Shown: in pieces, positions 39,624-49,384 of the stretch
Position numbering within the stretch: the first letter of the stretch is position 1
How the letters are laid out: each line of letters starts with the position of its first letter
Assembly (NCBI GenBank): GCA_963781585.1
Contig: CAWAGQ010000007.1
Coordinates: 224,001-288,000 of the forward strand
DNA length: 64,000 nt
Direction of reading: 5' to 3'
From: an uncultured Gemmatimonadaceae bacterium
GTDB taxonomy: Bacteria; Gemmatimonadota; Gemmatimonadetes; Gemmatimonadales; Gemmatimonadaceae
Position numbers and translations under genes: made by a program
The notes under the pieces: model-generated
Database searches by the model: none
What the model was told of the DNA's origin: nothing
What the model saw: the letters and a program-made list of their open reading frames with translations, nothing else

Positions 39624-42119
39624 TCAGGTATCCGTCCGCAGCACGGTCATCGGGCTCACCCGGGTCGCCTTCCACGACGGCAACGCCGCCGCGCCGATGG
39701 TGACGGCGAGGAGCATCGCGGCCGCGATCGCCGCGCTGGCCGGCTCGCGCGCGGGAATCTGGAACAGCACGGCCTGGGCGAGCGGGGCCGCCGCTTCCGC
39801 GATCACCAGCCCGATCAGCACCCCCGCCCCCGCCATGCGCAAGGCGTCGCCCACCACCAGTCGCGCCACCGCGCGGCTCCCGCTGCCTAACGCGATACGC
39901 ACGCCGATCTCAGGGGTGCGCTGCCTGACGAGATACGACACCGCGGCAAACAGGCCGACGGCCGCGATCCCGAGCGCCAGCACCCCGAACACCGAGAACA
40001 GCGTCGCCCCCAGACGCCACGACCGGAGTTGCGGATCGATCAGGTCCTGGTACGGACGCACCCGCGCGTACAGCGGCACGCGACCGGTGCTCTGGACGAT
40101 CCGCTGCACGGGCAGCGTCAGCCGGTCGGGCAGGCCGCGGGTCTCGACCAGCAGAGCGTGCACCATCGACGGATCGGGACCGGGCGATGACGGAAGCTGC
40201 TCGAAGGGGACATAGTACTGCATCAACCTGTCCTCGCCACCGCCGGCCCGTAGCGATCGCGCCCGCGAATCGCGCACCACGCCGACGACCTGCCGGCAGG
40301 GAAGTGATGCCGCCGCCGCCATCGGGTCGCCCTCGAACGAGGCCCCGTACCCCGCGCGCACACAGCGCCCGATCGGGCTCTCTCCGGGCCACGCCGTGCG
40401 TGCCATCGTCTCGTTGACCAGGACCACCGGTGGTGCGCCGCGTCCGTCGGCATCGGTAATGAGCCGTCCCTCGATCAACCGGACCCCCATCATCGCGAGG
40501 TACTTCGCGGTGGCGCCGTACATGATCGGGAGTTGCTGTACGTTCGGTGGCGGCAGCACGTACCCGGGAATGTTGATGGGCGGAATGTGGTGCGATGAGA
40601 ACGGCATCCCCTGCACGACGGTCGCCGCGGCCACGCCGGGCACCGCCTCGATCCGCCCGACCGCGTCTTGGTACGCCGCATCGCTCTCGACGCCGTGGAG
40701 CTGCCCGCGGAAATCCAGCGTGACGTACAACAGATGCGCCGTGGAAAAACCAAGGTCCTGCGATCGCACCCGCTGCAGACTCCGCACGAACAGCGCCGCT
40801 CCCACGAGCAGGACCATGCTCAGCGCCAGCTGCACCACGATCAGCAGGCGCTGGAGCACGAATCGGCCCGACGATCCGTGCCCTCCGCCGGCGCGCAGAT
40901 CGGCCAGCACGTCGTGCCGGCCGATCTGCGCAAGCGGGCCCACACCCGCGAGGATCCCCGCGCCGCAGGCCGTGAGAATCGACACCCCCAGCATCCCCCG
41001 GCTCGCCATCGACGCAGACAGCGCCAAATTGGGCAGCAACGTGACCCGGACCACCTGGTCGAACCAGCGGCCCAGTACCAGACCCGCGACCGCACCGGCC
41101 ACCGCCAGCAGCACGCTCTCGACCAGCGCCTGCCTGACGAGATGCCCGCGGCCGGCGGCGAGTGCGAGGCGCACCGCCTGATCGCGCCGCTTGCGCGCCG
41201 CACGAAGCTGGAGCAGCGTGCCGACGTTGGCGGTGGCGATGAGCAACACGACCAGCGACACCCCGGAGAGCCAGAGGGCAATCTGTCCCTGGGCAGACTG
41301 CCGCGCTTCCCGGCCCGGGACGACGGATTCCAGCGGCACCGCTGAGAGATTGTCGTTCACCAGGCCCGTGGCATCGGCGCGCAGCGTTGAGGCGACCATC
41401 GCCCCGGCGGCAGGCGCGGTGACGCCCTGACGCAGACGCCCCACGACCGACACCACGTGCATGCCCGGGTTGCTCCACCAGAACGCATCGTGCGAGCGAG
41501 ATGCGGTGGTCAAGGGGACGAACAGGTCGACCGGAGCGAGGTCGGTACCGGTGAAGCCGCGCGGGGTCACGCCCACGACCGTCAGCGTCTGCCCGTCCAC
41601 AACGAGATGAGTCCCGATCGCCGCGACGTCGCCCCCGAACCGGCGCTGCCAGTACGCATAACTGACCACGACGACGTCGTTGCCGCTGGGGAACTCGTCG
41701 TCCGAGGGACCGAGCAGACGTCCGGCCGCGGGACTGACGCCAAGCATGGCGAAATAGCGTCCCGACGTCTCTACCACGGCAACCTCGGCAAGGTCGGCGC
41801 CGACGCCAACCGTCAGTGTGTCCGCGCGCACCGCCGCCACGGCGTCGAACGCCGCGGCGGTGGTGACCGCCTGAAAGAGCGGATACGATGTGGTGGAAAG
41901 CGTGTACGGCGGTCCGTCTTCAGCTTTGAACGTGAGCGAGAGACGCACCACGCGCTCGGGGTCGCGGATGCCGGGCGGCGATGCAAACATCAGTTGATCG
42001 ACCAGCCCGAACATGGACGTATTCGCGCCGATGGCGAGCGCGAACGTGAGCACGGTTCCGGCCACGAAAGCCGGTTCGCGCCGGAACGCGCGCAGGGCGA
42101 ATCGCAAGTCGCGCAGCAT
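39624..42119 (-). CDS. Duplicated orphan ABC permease (ADOP family)
   Basis: DLRFALR..LAIGANTSMF, LLIATANV, QRTPEIGVRIALG, ATRVSPMTVLR. Confidence 0.9.
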   Translation of the reverse strand: MLRDLRFALRAFRREPAFVAGTVLTFALAIGANTSMFGLVDQLMFASPPGIRDPERVVRLSLTFKAEDGPPYTLSTTSYPLFQAVTTAAAFDAVAAVRADTLTVGVGADLAEVAVVETSGRYFAMLGVSPAAGRLLGPSDDEFPSGNDVVVVSYAYWQRRFGGDVAAIGTHLVVDGQTLTVVGVTPRGFTGTDLAPVDLFVPLTTASRSHDAFWWSNPGMHVVSVVGRLRQGVTAPAAGAMVASTLRADATGLVNDNLSAVPLESVVPGREARQSAQGQIALWLSGVSLVVLLIATANVGTLLQLRAARKRRDQAVRLALAAGRGHLVRQALVESVLLAVAGAVAGLVLGRWFDQVVRVTLLPNLALSASMASRGMLGVSILTACGAGILAGVGPLAQIGRHDVLADLRAGGGHGSSGRFVLQRLLIVVQLALSMVLLVGAALFVRSLQRVRSQDLGFSTAHLLYVTLDFRGQLHGVESDAAYQDAVGRIEAVPGVAAATVVQGMPFSSHHIPPINIPGYVLPPPNVQQLPIMYGATAKYLAMMGVRLIEGRLITDADGRGAPPVVLVNETMARTAWPGESPIGRCVRAGYGASFEGDPMAAAASLPCRQVVGVVRDSRARSLRAGGGEDRLMQYYVPFEQLPSSPGPDPSMVHALLVETRGLPDRLTLPVQRIVQSTGRVPLYARVRPYQDLIDPQLRSWRLGATLFSVFGVLALGIAAVGLFAAVSYLVRQRTPEIGVRIALGSGSRAVARLVVGDALRMAGAGVLIGLVIAEAAAPLAQAVLFQIPAREPASAAIAAAMLLAVTIGAAALPSWKATRVSPMTVLRTDT

Positions 42120-42142
42120 GACGCCCGCCAGGCGCGGACCCG

Positions 42143-42649
42143 TCAGCGCGAAGCGGCGGGACGACGCACCAGCCCGAAGGTGCCGGACGGATCCTTCGCA
42201 GGCTTCCACGGTGCGCCGCGAAGGACAACGGTCCCGGCAATGCTGTCGCGCCCCACGAGTTTCGCGGAGTACACCCACTTCCCGCCGCCGCTGTTCGCCT
42301 GCTCCCAGACCAGCTTCGATTGGGCGAGCGCGGCGTCGCGAAATGGAGCCCGTCCGCCATCAGGGAAAAGCAGCGCACCCGAGTACGTCTGCCTGGCGGT
42401 ATCGGCCACGCTGAACATCAGGCCAATCGGCTCGGGCGCGTCCGACCCGGGGCCGTCGTTCATGACGCGGGAGCCGGACCAGACGCCGGCAAAGGGAAAG
42501 CGACGCAGCATCGGTGCGCCGGCCGGCATTGCACCGCCGCTGGCCGGCGGCGTCGTGCTGCGCGGTAGCTGGGCGCGTACGCGTGGCGCGAGCGTAACGC
42601 CCGCGGCGACGACCAGCATGGTGGCAACGGAAACGTGTCGGATGCCCAT
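42143..42649 (-). CDS. Secreted beta-rich hypothetical protein
   Basis: GGAGG RBS; signal peptide VRA-Q; FAGVWSG. Confidence 0.6.
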   Translation of the reverse strand: MGIRHVSVATMLVVAAGVTLAPRVRAQLPRSTTPPASGGAMPAGAPMLRRFPFAGVWSGSRVMNDGPGSDAPEPIGLMFSVADTARQTYSGALLFPDGGRAPFRDAALAQSKLVWEQANSGGGKWVYSAKLVGRDSIAGTVVLRGAPWKPAKDPSGTFGLVRRPAASR

Positions 42650-42809
42650 GATGCCCTCCGGGAATTTCGTGGGCCGGATTCTCGCGGCGTGTGATCGATA
42701 CGCTGGTCCAGCCCATTCGCCCAGAGGGGAGGGGACCAACACACGGAACGTGGGGACAGACGCGCTGGACTTGGGGGGCGCCGCCGGGTATCCGTTCCTC
42801 CGCAACGCT

Positions 42810-43973
42810 ATGGCCGATACGCTCCGACCCCATGGTCTTGCCGACTCGATGGCATCTCTTCCCGTTCCGCCGCGTCTGTCGCGCGCCGCTCCGATCACGA
42901 TCGGAGTCGTCGCCATCGCCATCGTGACGTTCGGCGTACTGGTCGGCCCGGCGGCCGCGCCCCTCGTGTCGCGAGGCGCGCGGGCCTTCCCCCGTGTGCC
43001 CGGCCCGCCCGCCGACGCACGCGGTCTCCTCCGGGCGTTAGGCGTAGGCTCGGTCGCCTGGTACGCCTGCGCGGCCGCGCTGCCCGCGTGCTGGTGGCTG
43101 GCGCGGCGCCTGCCGCTCACCCTGCAGCGCGTCTGGCGCTCGCTCGTCCTGCAACTCGGTGCGGTGCTGGCGCTCATCGCCGTCACGTCATTGGTGCACT
43201 ACGCCGTGACGTATCACGGTGCGCCGTCGGCTCCGTCGTTCGGCTCGTTCGTACAGGTGGCGCTGGTGGCCAACGCCCTCCCGCTGCTCGCGGTCGCGGC
43301 GCTGGCGAACGTGTTCGAGGCCCGCCGGCGTGCGGTGCACGACGCGCTGGACGCCCAGCGGCTGCGGGCCGAGCTGGCAGAGTCCCGGCTGATCGCGGTC
43401 ACGTCGCAGCTGCAGCCGCATTTCCTGTTCAACACGCTCCAGAGCATCTCGACGCTCATTCATCGCGATCCGGTGGCGGCAGATGCGATGCTGGCCAGGC
43501 TGTCCGACCTGCTGCGCGATGTATTGCGGCGCTCCCACCGTGCGCTGGTACCATTCAGCGACGAGCTGCGGATGACGAAGACCTATCTCGAGCTGGCGCA
43601 GGTGCGGTTCGGGGATCGATTGCAGGTAACCATCGATGCGCCGGACGACGCACAACACGCGATGGTGCCGATCCTGCTGCTGCAGCCGCTGGTGGAGAAC
43701 GCGCTCAAGCACGGCGTGGGACGCCGGGCGGCAGGTGGATGCGTGGCGATTGTGGCGCGGAAGGCCGGGGACCGGTTGATCGTCACCGTGCGTGACGACG
43801 GCGCGGGCACCGACGAGATCGGGGGCGACGGCGAGGGCATCGGACTCGCCAATACCCGCGAACGGCTGCGACATGCCTTTGGTGACGACCAGTCGCTCGT
43901 GGTGCGCGAGCGCGCGGGCGGCGTGGAGGTCACGATCGACGTACCGATGCGCGTCGACACGCCCCCGGGCTGA
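42810..43973 (+). CDS. LytS-type sensor histidine kinase
   Basis: TM helices; QLQPHFLFNTL, LQPLVENALKHG, DDGAG..GIGLAN; start 42810 or 42849. Confidence 0.9.
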   Translation: MADTLRPHGLADSMASLPVPPRLSRAAPITIGVVAIAIVTFGVLVGPAAAPLVSRGARAFPRVPGPPADARGLLRALGVGSVAWYACAAALPACWWLARRLPLTLQRVWRSLVLQLGAVLALIAVTSLVHYAVTYHGAPSAPSFGSFVQVALVANALPLLAVAALANVFEARRRAVHDALDAQRLRAELAESRLIAVTSQLQPHFLFNTLQSISTLIHRDPVAADAMLARLSDLLRDVLRRSHRALVPFSDELRMTKTYLELAQVRFGDRLQVTIDAPDDAQHAMVPILLLQPLVENALKHGVGRRAAGGCVAIVARKAGDRLIVTVRDDGAGTDEIGGDGEGIGLANTRERLRHAFGDDQSLVVRERAGGVEVTIDVPMRVDTPPG

Positions 43974-44743
43974 TGCGGCCGGTACGCGTGCTGGTGGTCG
44001 AGGATGAGGCGCTCGCGCGCGAACGGGTGGTCGCGCTGGTCGGGGCCACGCCGGAGCTGGAGCTGGTTGGCGAAGCGACCCACGGGCTCGAGGCGCTCGA
44101 CCGTATCACCACACTGCTCCCCGATCTCGTCCTTCTCGACATCGAGATGCCGGAACTGAGTGGATTCGAGATCGTCGCCGCGCTCGACGAGTCGTCGATG
44201 CCGGGAATCGTCTTCATTACCGCGTTCGAGGACTACGCGCTCAAGGCGTTCGAGGTGGACGCGATCGACTATCTGCAGAAGCCGGTGACCCCGGAGCGCT
44301 TCGCCGCCGCGGTACAGCGGGCAATCGGGCGGCTGGCGCAGGCACGTGTCTCGCGCGAGAGCATCGCGCGGGCGCTGACGACGCGGCGTCGCGAGGGTGG
44401 AGGATGCCGCACGCGTTTCGTCGTCCGCACCGGGTCCACTCATGCGTTCGTGCCTGTACGCGAGGTGGTCTGGATCGACGCCGCGGACAATTATCTGCAA
44501 CTCCACGCCGGGGGTCGTGCGCGCCTGGTGCGCGGAACCATCAAGGACGCCGAGGCGGAGCTCGATCCCGCCGCGTTTCTCCGCATCCATCGCTCGGCGA
44601 TCGTGAGCATCGGGCACGTTGTCGCGATCGAGGCGCAGGCTGCCGGCGGCTACGTGCTGCGCATGACGGACGGAACCCGGCTGCGCACGAGCCGGCAGTA
44701 TGCCGCCGGGGTGCGGGCGCTGGTGGAGCCCCGACGGCGCTGA
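43973..44743 (+). CDS. LytTR-family response regulator
   Basis: VEDE, LDIEMP, TAF, KP; FLRIHRSAIV; TGATG coupling. Confidence 0.93.
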   Translation: MRPVRVLVVEDEALARERVVALVGATPELELVGEATHGLEALDRITTLLPDLVLLDIEMPELSGFEIVAALDESSMPGIVFITAFEDYALKAFEVDAIDYLQKPVTPERFAAAVQRAIGRLAQARVSRESIARALTTRRREGGGCRTRFVVRTGSTHAFVPVREVVWIDAADNYLQLHAGGRARLVRGTIKDAEAELDPAAFLRIHRSAIVSIGHVVAIEAQAAGGYVLRMTDGTRLRTSRQYAAGVRALVEPRRR

Positions 44744-44943
44744 GGGGCGCGTGCGGCGGTGAACTCCGGACCCGATCGGTGGTCGCCTGCGGCAGCGTGA
44801 CTGGCGATCTCAGGGGTACACCATCCACGACGGCCGATGGCACGTCGTCCCGCCGATTGCGGCGAAGATGCCTGACTTGTATGCTGCGTACGCACATCAC
44901 TGCAGTGGACGATTGATCATCCTCGCGCGACTCGCCCCCGCGC

Positions 44944-45573
44944 GTGTCGCGACCCCGCACGCCCAACGACGTGAATCGCCGCCGCGCCGTATCCTTGATC
45001 GCCGGACTGGTCGCCCTGGCGGCGGCGGCAACCGGCTTTCCGATCGCCCGACGCACGCGTTCGCGTCTGTTGCACCTCAGGCATCGCAAGGGCCCGCCGG
45101 ACCCGTCCCCGCTCGATCGCGCGATCGCCGACAACACCGCGCTCCTGGCCGGCGCCCTGTTCGGCCACTCCCTGCGCGACCAGGAACTCAGCGACGTGCG
45201 CAATAACGTGGAGTTCATCGCGCAGGTTGACGGCGGCTGGCGTTCCGATTTTGCCATGATCGCCGCCTACGTCGACGACCTCGCCCACTCGTACGGCGCG
45301 GTGTCATTCGGCGGTGCCTCGGACGACGTCCGGGAACGCATCGTCGACGACATCATGCGCCCCCCGATCGATTCGCAGCGCTCGGAACTCTCCGCTCTCA
45401 TCTCCGCGCGGGAGCGCACTCGGCGGTTCCTCCGCTCCGACGCCATCCCGCTTCTCGCACACGCCTATACCTCATCGGGCGCAGCATGGCGCCGGCGCGG
45501 TTACACGCGCTGGCCCGGCATCCCCGGCGATCCGCGCGAGTACACGCGACCTGGACCAGCCTATAGATGCTGA
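44944..45573 (+). CDS. Gluconate-2-dehydrogenase subunit-3-like / Tat-exported partner of GMC oxidoreductase
   Basis: NRRR + hydrophobic stretch; C-terminal YTS..W...GY..WPG pattern; overlaps GMC start. Confidence 0.55.
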   Translation: MSRPRTPNDVNRRRAVSLIAGLVALAAAATGFPIARRTRSRLLHLRHRKGPPDPSPLDRAIADNTALLAGALFGHSLRDQELSDVRNNVEFIAQVDGGWRSDFAMIAAYVDDLAHSYGAVSFGGASDDVRERIVDDIMRPPIDSQRSELSALISARERTRRFLRSDAIPLLAHAYTSSGAAWRRRGYTRWPGIPGDPREYTRPGPAYRC

Positions 45574-47159
45574 TCGGCCATGAAGCGGACCTCTGTGTTA
45601 TCGGATCGGGGGTCGCGGGCGCGCTGATCGCCCACCAATGCGCCTCTCGCGGGATGAAGGTGCTGGTCCTCGAAGCAGGCCCGCGGCTGGCGCGCTCTGA
45701 ACGCCTGGCTCAGGAGCGACGGTTTCTCGTGATGGGGGAAGATCCCTGGCCCACCGACCCGGCGCGCGACGCATACGTGAATTCGTCCGACTTCCCGTAT
45801 CCACTCAATGCAATGCGGCTTCGCGCGGTGGGCGGATCGACGCTGCACTGGACGGCGGCTTCGTTCCGCCTTCGCGAATCGGATTTTCGCGCGAGATCGC
45901 GTTTTGGTCTCGGCACGGACTGGCCCATCGCCTACGACGATCTCGAGCCCTACTACACTCGGGCGGAGCTTGAACTCGGTGTCGCTGGGGAAGCATCGGC
46001 GAATGGTCCACGTCGCAGCGCTCCGTTCCCGATGCCGGCGTTTCCCGATTCCCACGGCGATGCCTTGTGGCGCCGGATGGCGGCGACGCTCCGTGTGGAA
46101 CTCGAACCCACGCCGTACGCACGAAACAACCTGCAGGAATACGACGGGCGCCCGGCATGCCAGACGTTTGCGACCTGTCAGATCTGTCCCATCGGTGCGC
46201 AGTACAGCGCCGACTGGCATGTGCTGAAGGCCGAAGCGACAGGACGGTGCCAGGTGCTCGCCGATACCGCCGCTCGGCGCATCGACCTGGATGCCGATGG
46301 GGGCGTCCGGCTGGTGCACGCCACCGGTCGGGACGGAAGCTCGCACGAGGTTTCGGCGAAGGCCGTGGTCGTGGCGGCGCACGCGGTCGAGACCGCGCGA
46401 CTCCTCCTGCTGTCAGGTGTCGGCAACCAGTCGCACGTGGGTCGCAATTTCATGGAGCATTGGGAACTCGTGGGCTTCGGCAGGTGCGATCAGCCCAGCT
46501 GGCCGCGCCGGATCGGGTTTCCAATCCTGACGTCGTTCCACCAGTACGAAGGCGCCGATCGCGATCGTCGCGGCGCGATCAAGATCGAGTTGCGTGACTC
46601 GACTCGTCCCCTCCAGGCGTTCGGCAAGTTGCCCGGCATGTGGGGTCGTGAGATGGCCCGCCGCGATTGCGAGCGCTTTGGCCGGCACCGGATCATCGAG
46701 GTCATGACGGAGCATCAACCGAATCCCGAAAGCCGGGTGACGCTCGATGCACAGGTGCGTGACGTCTTTGGCGACCCGGCGCCCAACCTGCGCTTCGTGC
46801 TGACCGACGTCGACCGGAACACCCACTCTGTAGCCCGCAGTGCTCTGCGAGTCATGCTCCAGGCCGCGGAGCTCTCCGACATCGTTGTTCCCCAGGATTT
46901 TTCGGGCGCGGCGCACCACATGGGGACGTGTCGGATGAGTGACCGGGAAGAGGACGGGGTCGTCGATCGCGACTGCCGCACGCACGGGACGAAGAACCTG
47001 TATGTAGCCGGAAGCGCGGTCTTTCCGACCGGAGGCGGAGTGAATCCGACGCTGACGATCGCCGCTCTGTCGCTGCGGCTCGCCGACCACCTGGGTGAGT
47101 CTACAGGTCACGACCCCGATCGCTCGTCCGCCGCCGATCGGCGGGTTCCGCGACAGTAG
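45567..47159 (+). CDS. GMC-family flavoprotein oxidoreductase
   Basis: VIGSGVAG, VGGSTLHW, CQTFATCQICP cluster motif, HHMGTCRM, NPTLTI. Confidence 0.93.
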   Translation: MLIGHEADLCVIGSGVAGALIAHQCASRGMKVLVLEAGPRLARSERLAQERRFLVMGEDPWPTDPARDAYVNSSDFPYPLNAMRLRAVGGSTLHWTAASFRLRESDFRARSRFGLGTDWPIAYDDLEPYYTRAELELGVAGEASANGPRRSAPFPMPAFPDSHGDALWRRMAATLRVELEPTPYARNNLQEYDGRPACQTFATCQICPIGAQYSADWHVLKAEATGRCQVLADTAARRIDLDADGGVRLVHATGRDGSSHEVSAKAVVVAAHAVETARLLLLSGVGNQSHVGRNFMEHWELVGFGRCDQPSWPRRIGFPILTSFHQYEGADRDRRGAIKIELRDSTRPLQAFGKLPGMWGREMARRDCERFGRHRIIEVMTEHQPNPESRVTLDAQVRDVFGDPAPNLRFVLTDVDRNTHSVARSALRVMLQAAELSDIVVPQDFSGAAHHMGTCRMSDREEDGVVDRDCRTHGTKNLYVAGSAVFPTGGGVNPTLTIAALSLRLADHLGESTGHDPDRSSAADRRVPRQ

Positions 47160-47227
47160 ACTGGGTCCCCGTCGCAGGAGCCCGTGCGGCGTGCGAGGCC
47201 GCGTCACGGCGGCCCGGCAGCTCTTCC

Positions 47228-49033
47228 CTACCGGTTGCGCTCCAGCAGTGCGTGCAGCGCCTGCAGGATCGAGTCCTGACTGGCGTCGCCCGCCAGATTG
47301 GTCCGCTCGAGCGAGTCCGTAGAGATCCGGTAGAGCTCCGGCTCCCCGTGCTGGTGCTCGATATAGTGCCAACCGCCGAACACGATCGCGCGCATGTCGC
47401 CCTGGTAGACGGGATCGCGCGGGTCGTACTCGCTCGTCTGCTGGACTTCGGTGATGACCGGGGACCGCGAGGAGCGGGCCGCGGAATCGCCTGGTTGTTG
47501 CCACAATGGGGCGAGCGAAGTGCCGGGAAGCCCCGCCGCTCGCGCGTGCGCCACGTCGAGAATCGTGGCGGCGAGGTCGCGGAGCGATACCGGATCACGC
47601 ACGGTGACGCCGCGCACCGCTCGCCCCGGAAGCAGCACCAGGAGCGGCACGTGGGTCTGCGGGAGATACAGAGTGCTGCCGTGCCCGAGCGGCCCATGTT
47701 CACCGAACGCCTCGCCGTGGTCGGCAGTGACGATCACCAGGGTGTTGTCCAGCACCCCACGACGTCCGAGTTCTCCGAGCAGTCGATCGATCTCGCTGTC
47801 CGCATAGCGAATGGCACCATTGTAGGCGAGGTGCAGATCGCCGACCGTGTCAGGATCCGACAGGTATTCGGACGTGACCCGTCGCAGCCTCGGCTCACGT
47901 CCCAGGAACAGCGTGTCAAACGGTGCCGGGGGCTGATACGGATCGTGCGCGTCGAAGTAGTTCAGGAAGGCGAAGAACGGACGGCGTCCCAGCGTCGCCT
48001 GCCATGCCAGGAATTCGTCGGTGACCAGCCCCCCGTTCCGGTGCTGCGTATCGCGCAGGTGGCCGGTCCTCCTGTTCCAGCGGGTCTGCAGCCAGCGTCC
48101 GAGGGTCGTGGCGGTCACCGCCTGTGCGACATCGATCGGATAATCGCGGTAGCGCATGAACCCGCGGTTGAGGCCGTACAGATGGCTCGTGTAGATCAGG
48201 TTTCCCACGAAGCCGCCGGTCGCGTAGCCGCTGGCGCTCATTCGCTCCGCCAGCGTGCGGTGCTGATCATCGAGCGGCGAATACCAGCCGGTTGAAAGGT
48301 CGTGAGGATAACGGCCCGTGAAGATCGAGGCATGGCTGGGAAGCGTCCACGGCGCGGTCGAGACGGCATGCTCGAAGAGAATTCCCTCCGCGGCCAGGCG
48401 TTCGAGCGTCGGCGTCGTCCGCAGGTGGTATCCGTACAGGCTGAGGTCCCACGCGCGCACCGTGTCCAGCACCAGCAGCAGCACACTCGGCGCGTTGGAT
48501 GAGATATCCGGGAGCTGCGCGATGTGCTGCCGCTCGAGCAGCCTGTCGCGCACGTTCCAGGCCAGACCGCCCACAATCGATACTGCGGACAGCGTGATCG
48601 CGGTGCCGCGCACCAGCCGCGGGAGCGAGCGGCCGAGTCGCATCGCAAGCCAGGAGAGCTGGACGCCGAGCCCCAGGGCAAGCACCAGAAGCGCGAGCTC
48701 TGCCACGCGACGGGTAATCAGGGCAACTTCCAGAGCATCCAACGCCACGACGGCCGCAATCGCCCAACGCGTGCGCGCTGGCTCGCGTCGCACGCAGACG
48801 GACACCACACCGACCGCCACGAGAAAGATCGGGAGGTTGGCGAGCGGTGCCATCCAGATGGCCTGGGGATCGAGATAGAACGTGCGATCGATCGCCGCGG
48901 AGACGCGACGCAGCGTGATCCGCGCCAGCAACTCGCCGAGTCCGCCAGCCGTGGCTCCCAGCAACGCGAGCCACCACAGAGTCAGTCTCTCCCTCGCGAC
49001 CGGAGATCGCGGCGACTTGTCAGTGTGTGTCAT
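47228..49033 (-). CDS. Membrane-anchored sulfatase-like (alkaline phosphatase superfamily) protein
   Basis: About 5 N-terminal TMs; LDTVR, WTLPSHASIFTG, DAHDPY, TADHGE, HG. Confidence 0.88.
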   Translation of the reverse strand: MTHTDKSPRSPVARERLTLWWLALLGATAGGLGELLARITLRRVSAAIDRTFYLDPQAIWMAPLANLPIFLVAVGVVSVCVRREPARTRWAIAAVVALDALEVALITRRVAELALLVLALGLGVQLSWLAMRLGRSLPRLVRGTAITLSAVSIVGGLAWNVRDRLLERQHIAQLPDISSNAPSVLLLVLDTVRAWDLSLYGYHLRTTPTLERLAAEGILFEHAVSTAPWTLPSHASIFTGRYPHDLSTGWYSPLDDQHRTLAERMSASGYATGGFVGNLIYTSHLYGLNRGFMRYRDYPIDVAQAVTATTLGRWLQTRWNRRTGHLRDTQHRNGGLVTDEFLAWQATLGRRPFFAFLNYFDAHDPYQPPAPFDTLFLGREPRLRRVTSEYLSDPDTVGDLHLAYNGAIRYADSEIDRLLGELGRRGVLDNTLVIVTADHGEAFGEHGPLGHGSTLYLPQTHVPLLVLLPGRAVRGVTVRDPVSLRDLAATILDVAHARAAGLPGTSLAPLWQQPGDSAARSSRSPVITEVQQTSEYDPRDPVYQGDMRAIVFGGWHYIEHQHGEPELYRISTDSLERTNLAGDASQDSILQALHALLERNR

Positions 49034-49384
49034 GATGGGAACGACCCCGGACGAACCACGTCGCCGCGCTCTGTGGTGCATGGGTCAACCGACACCGGGT
49101 GTCAGAAGGACGAGTTTGGCGCGGCAGAAGTACTCCATGGCGGAGTCTGGCAGGCAAAAGGTCCGTAAACGCGCGTGCCGGGGCAAGCGAAACGGCTGGC
49201 CTGTGAGGCCTGAGGCGCCCCTTGCGGCCGTGGAATCCGCGGTGTGATCGCCGTCACCACCTGTGCCACCGACGCGCAGGGACCGGTGTACGTCATGGCG
49301 TCCGAGGCCGCGCGGTGTCTGCTTGAAGGGGCATCCTCCGCCCGGTAGCATTCTAAAGAGGGGGCAATGGGGGAGCAGCGTTCG

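Noticed and set aside
41457..42809. Long N-terminal extension of the LytS kinase ORF
   Set aside because: Antisense shadow of the permease and secreted protein genes
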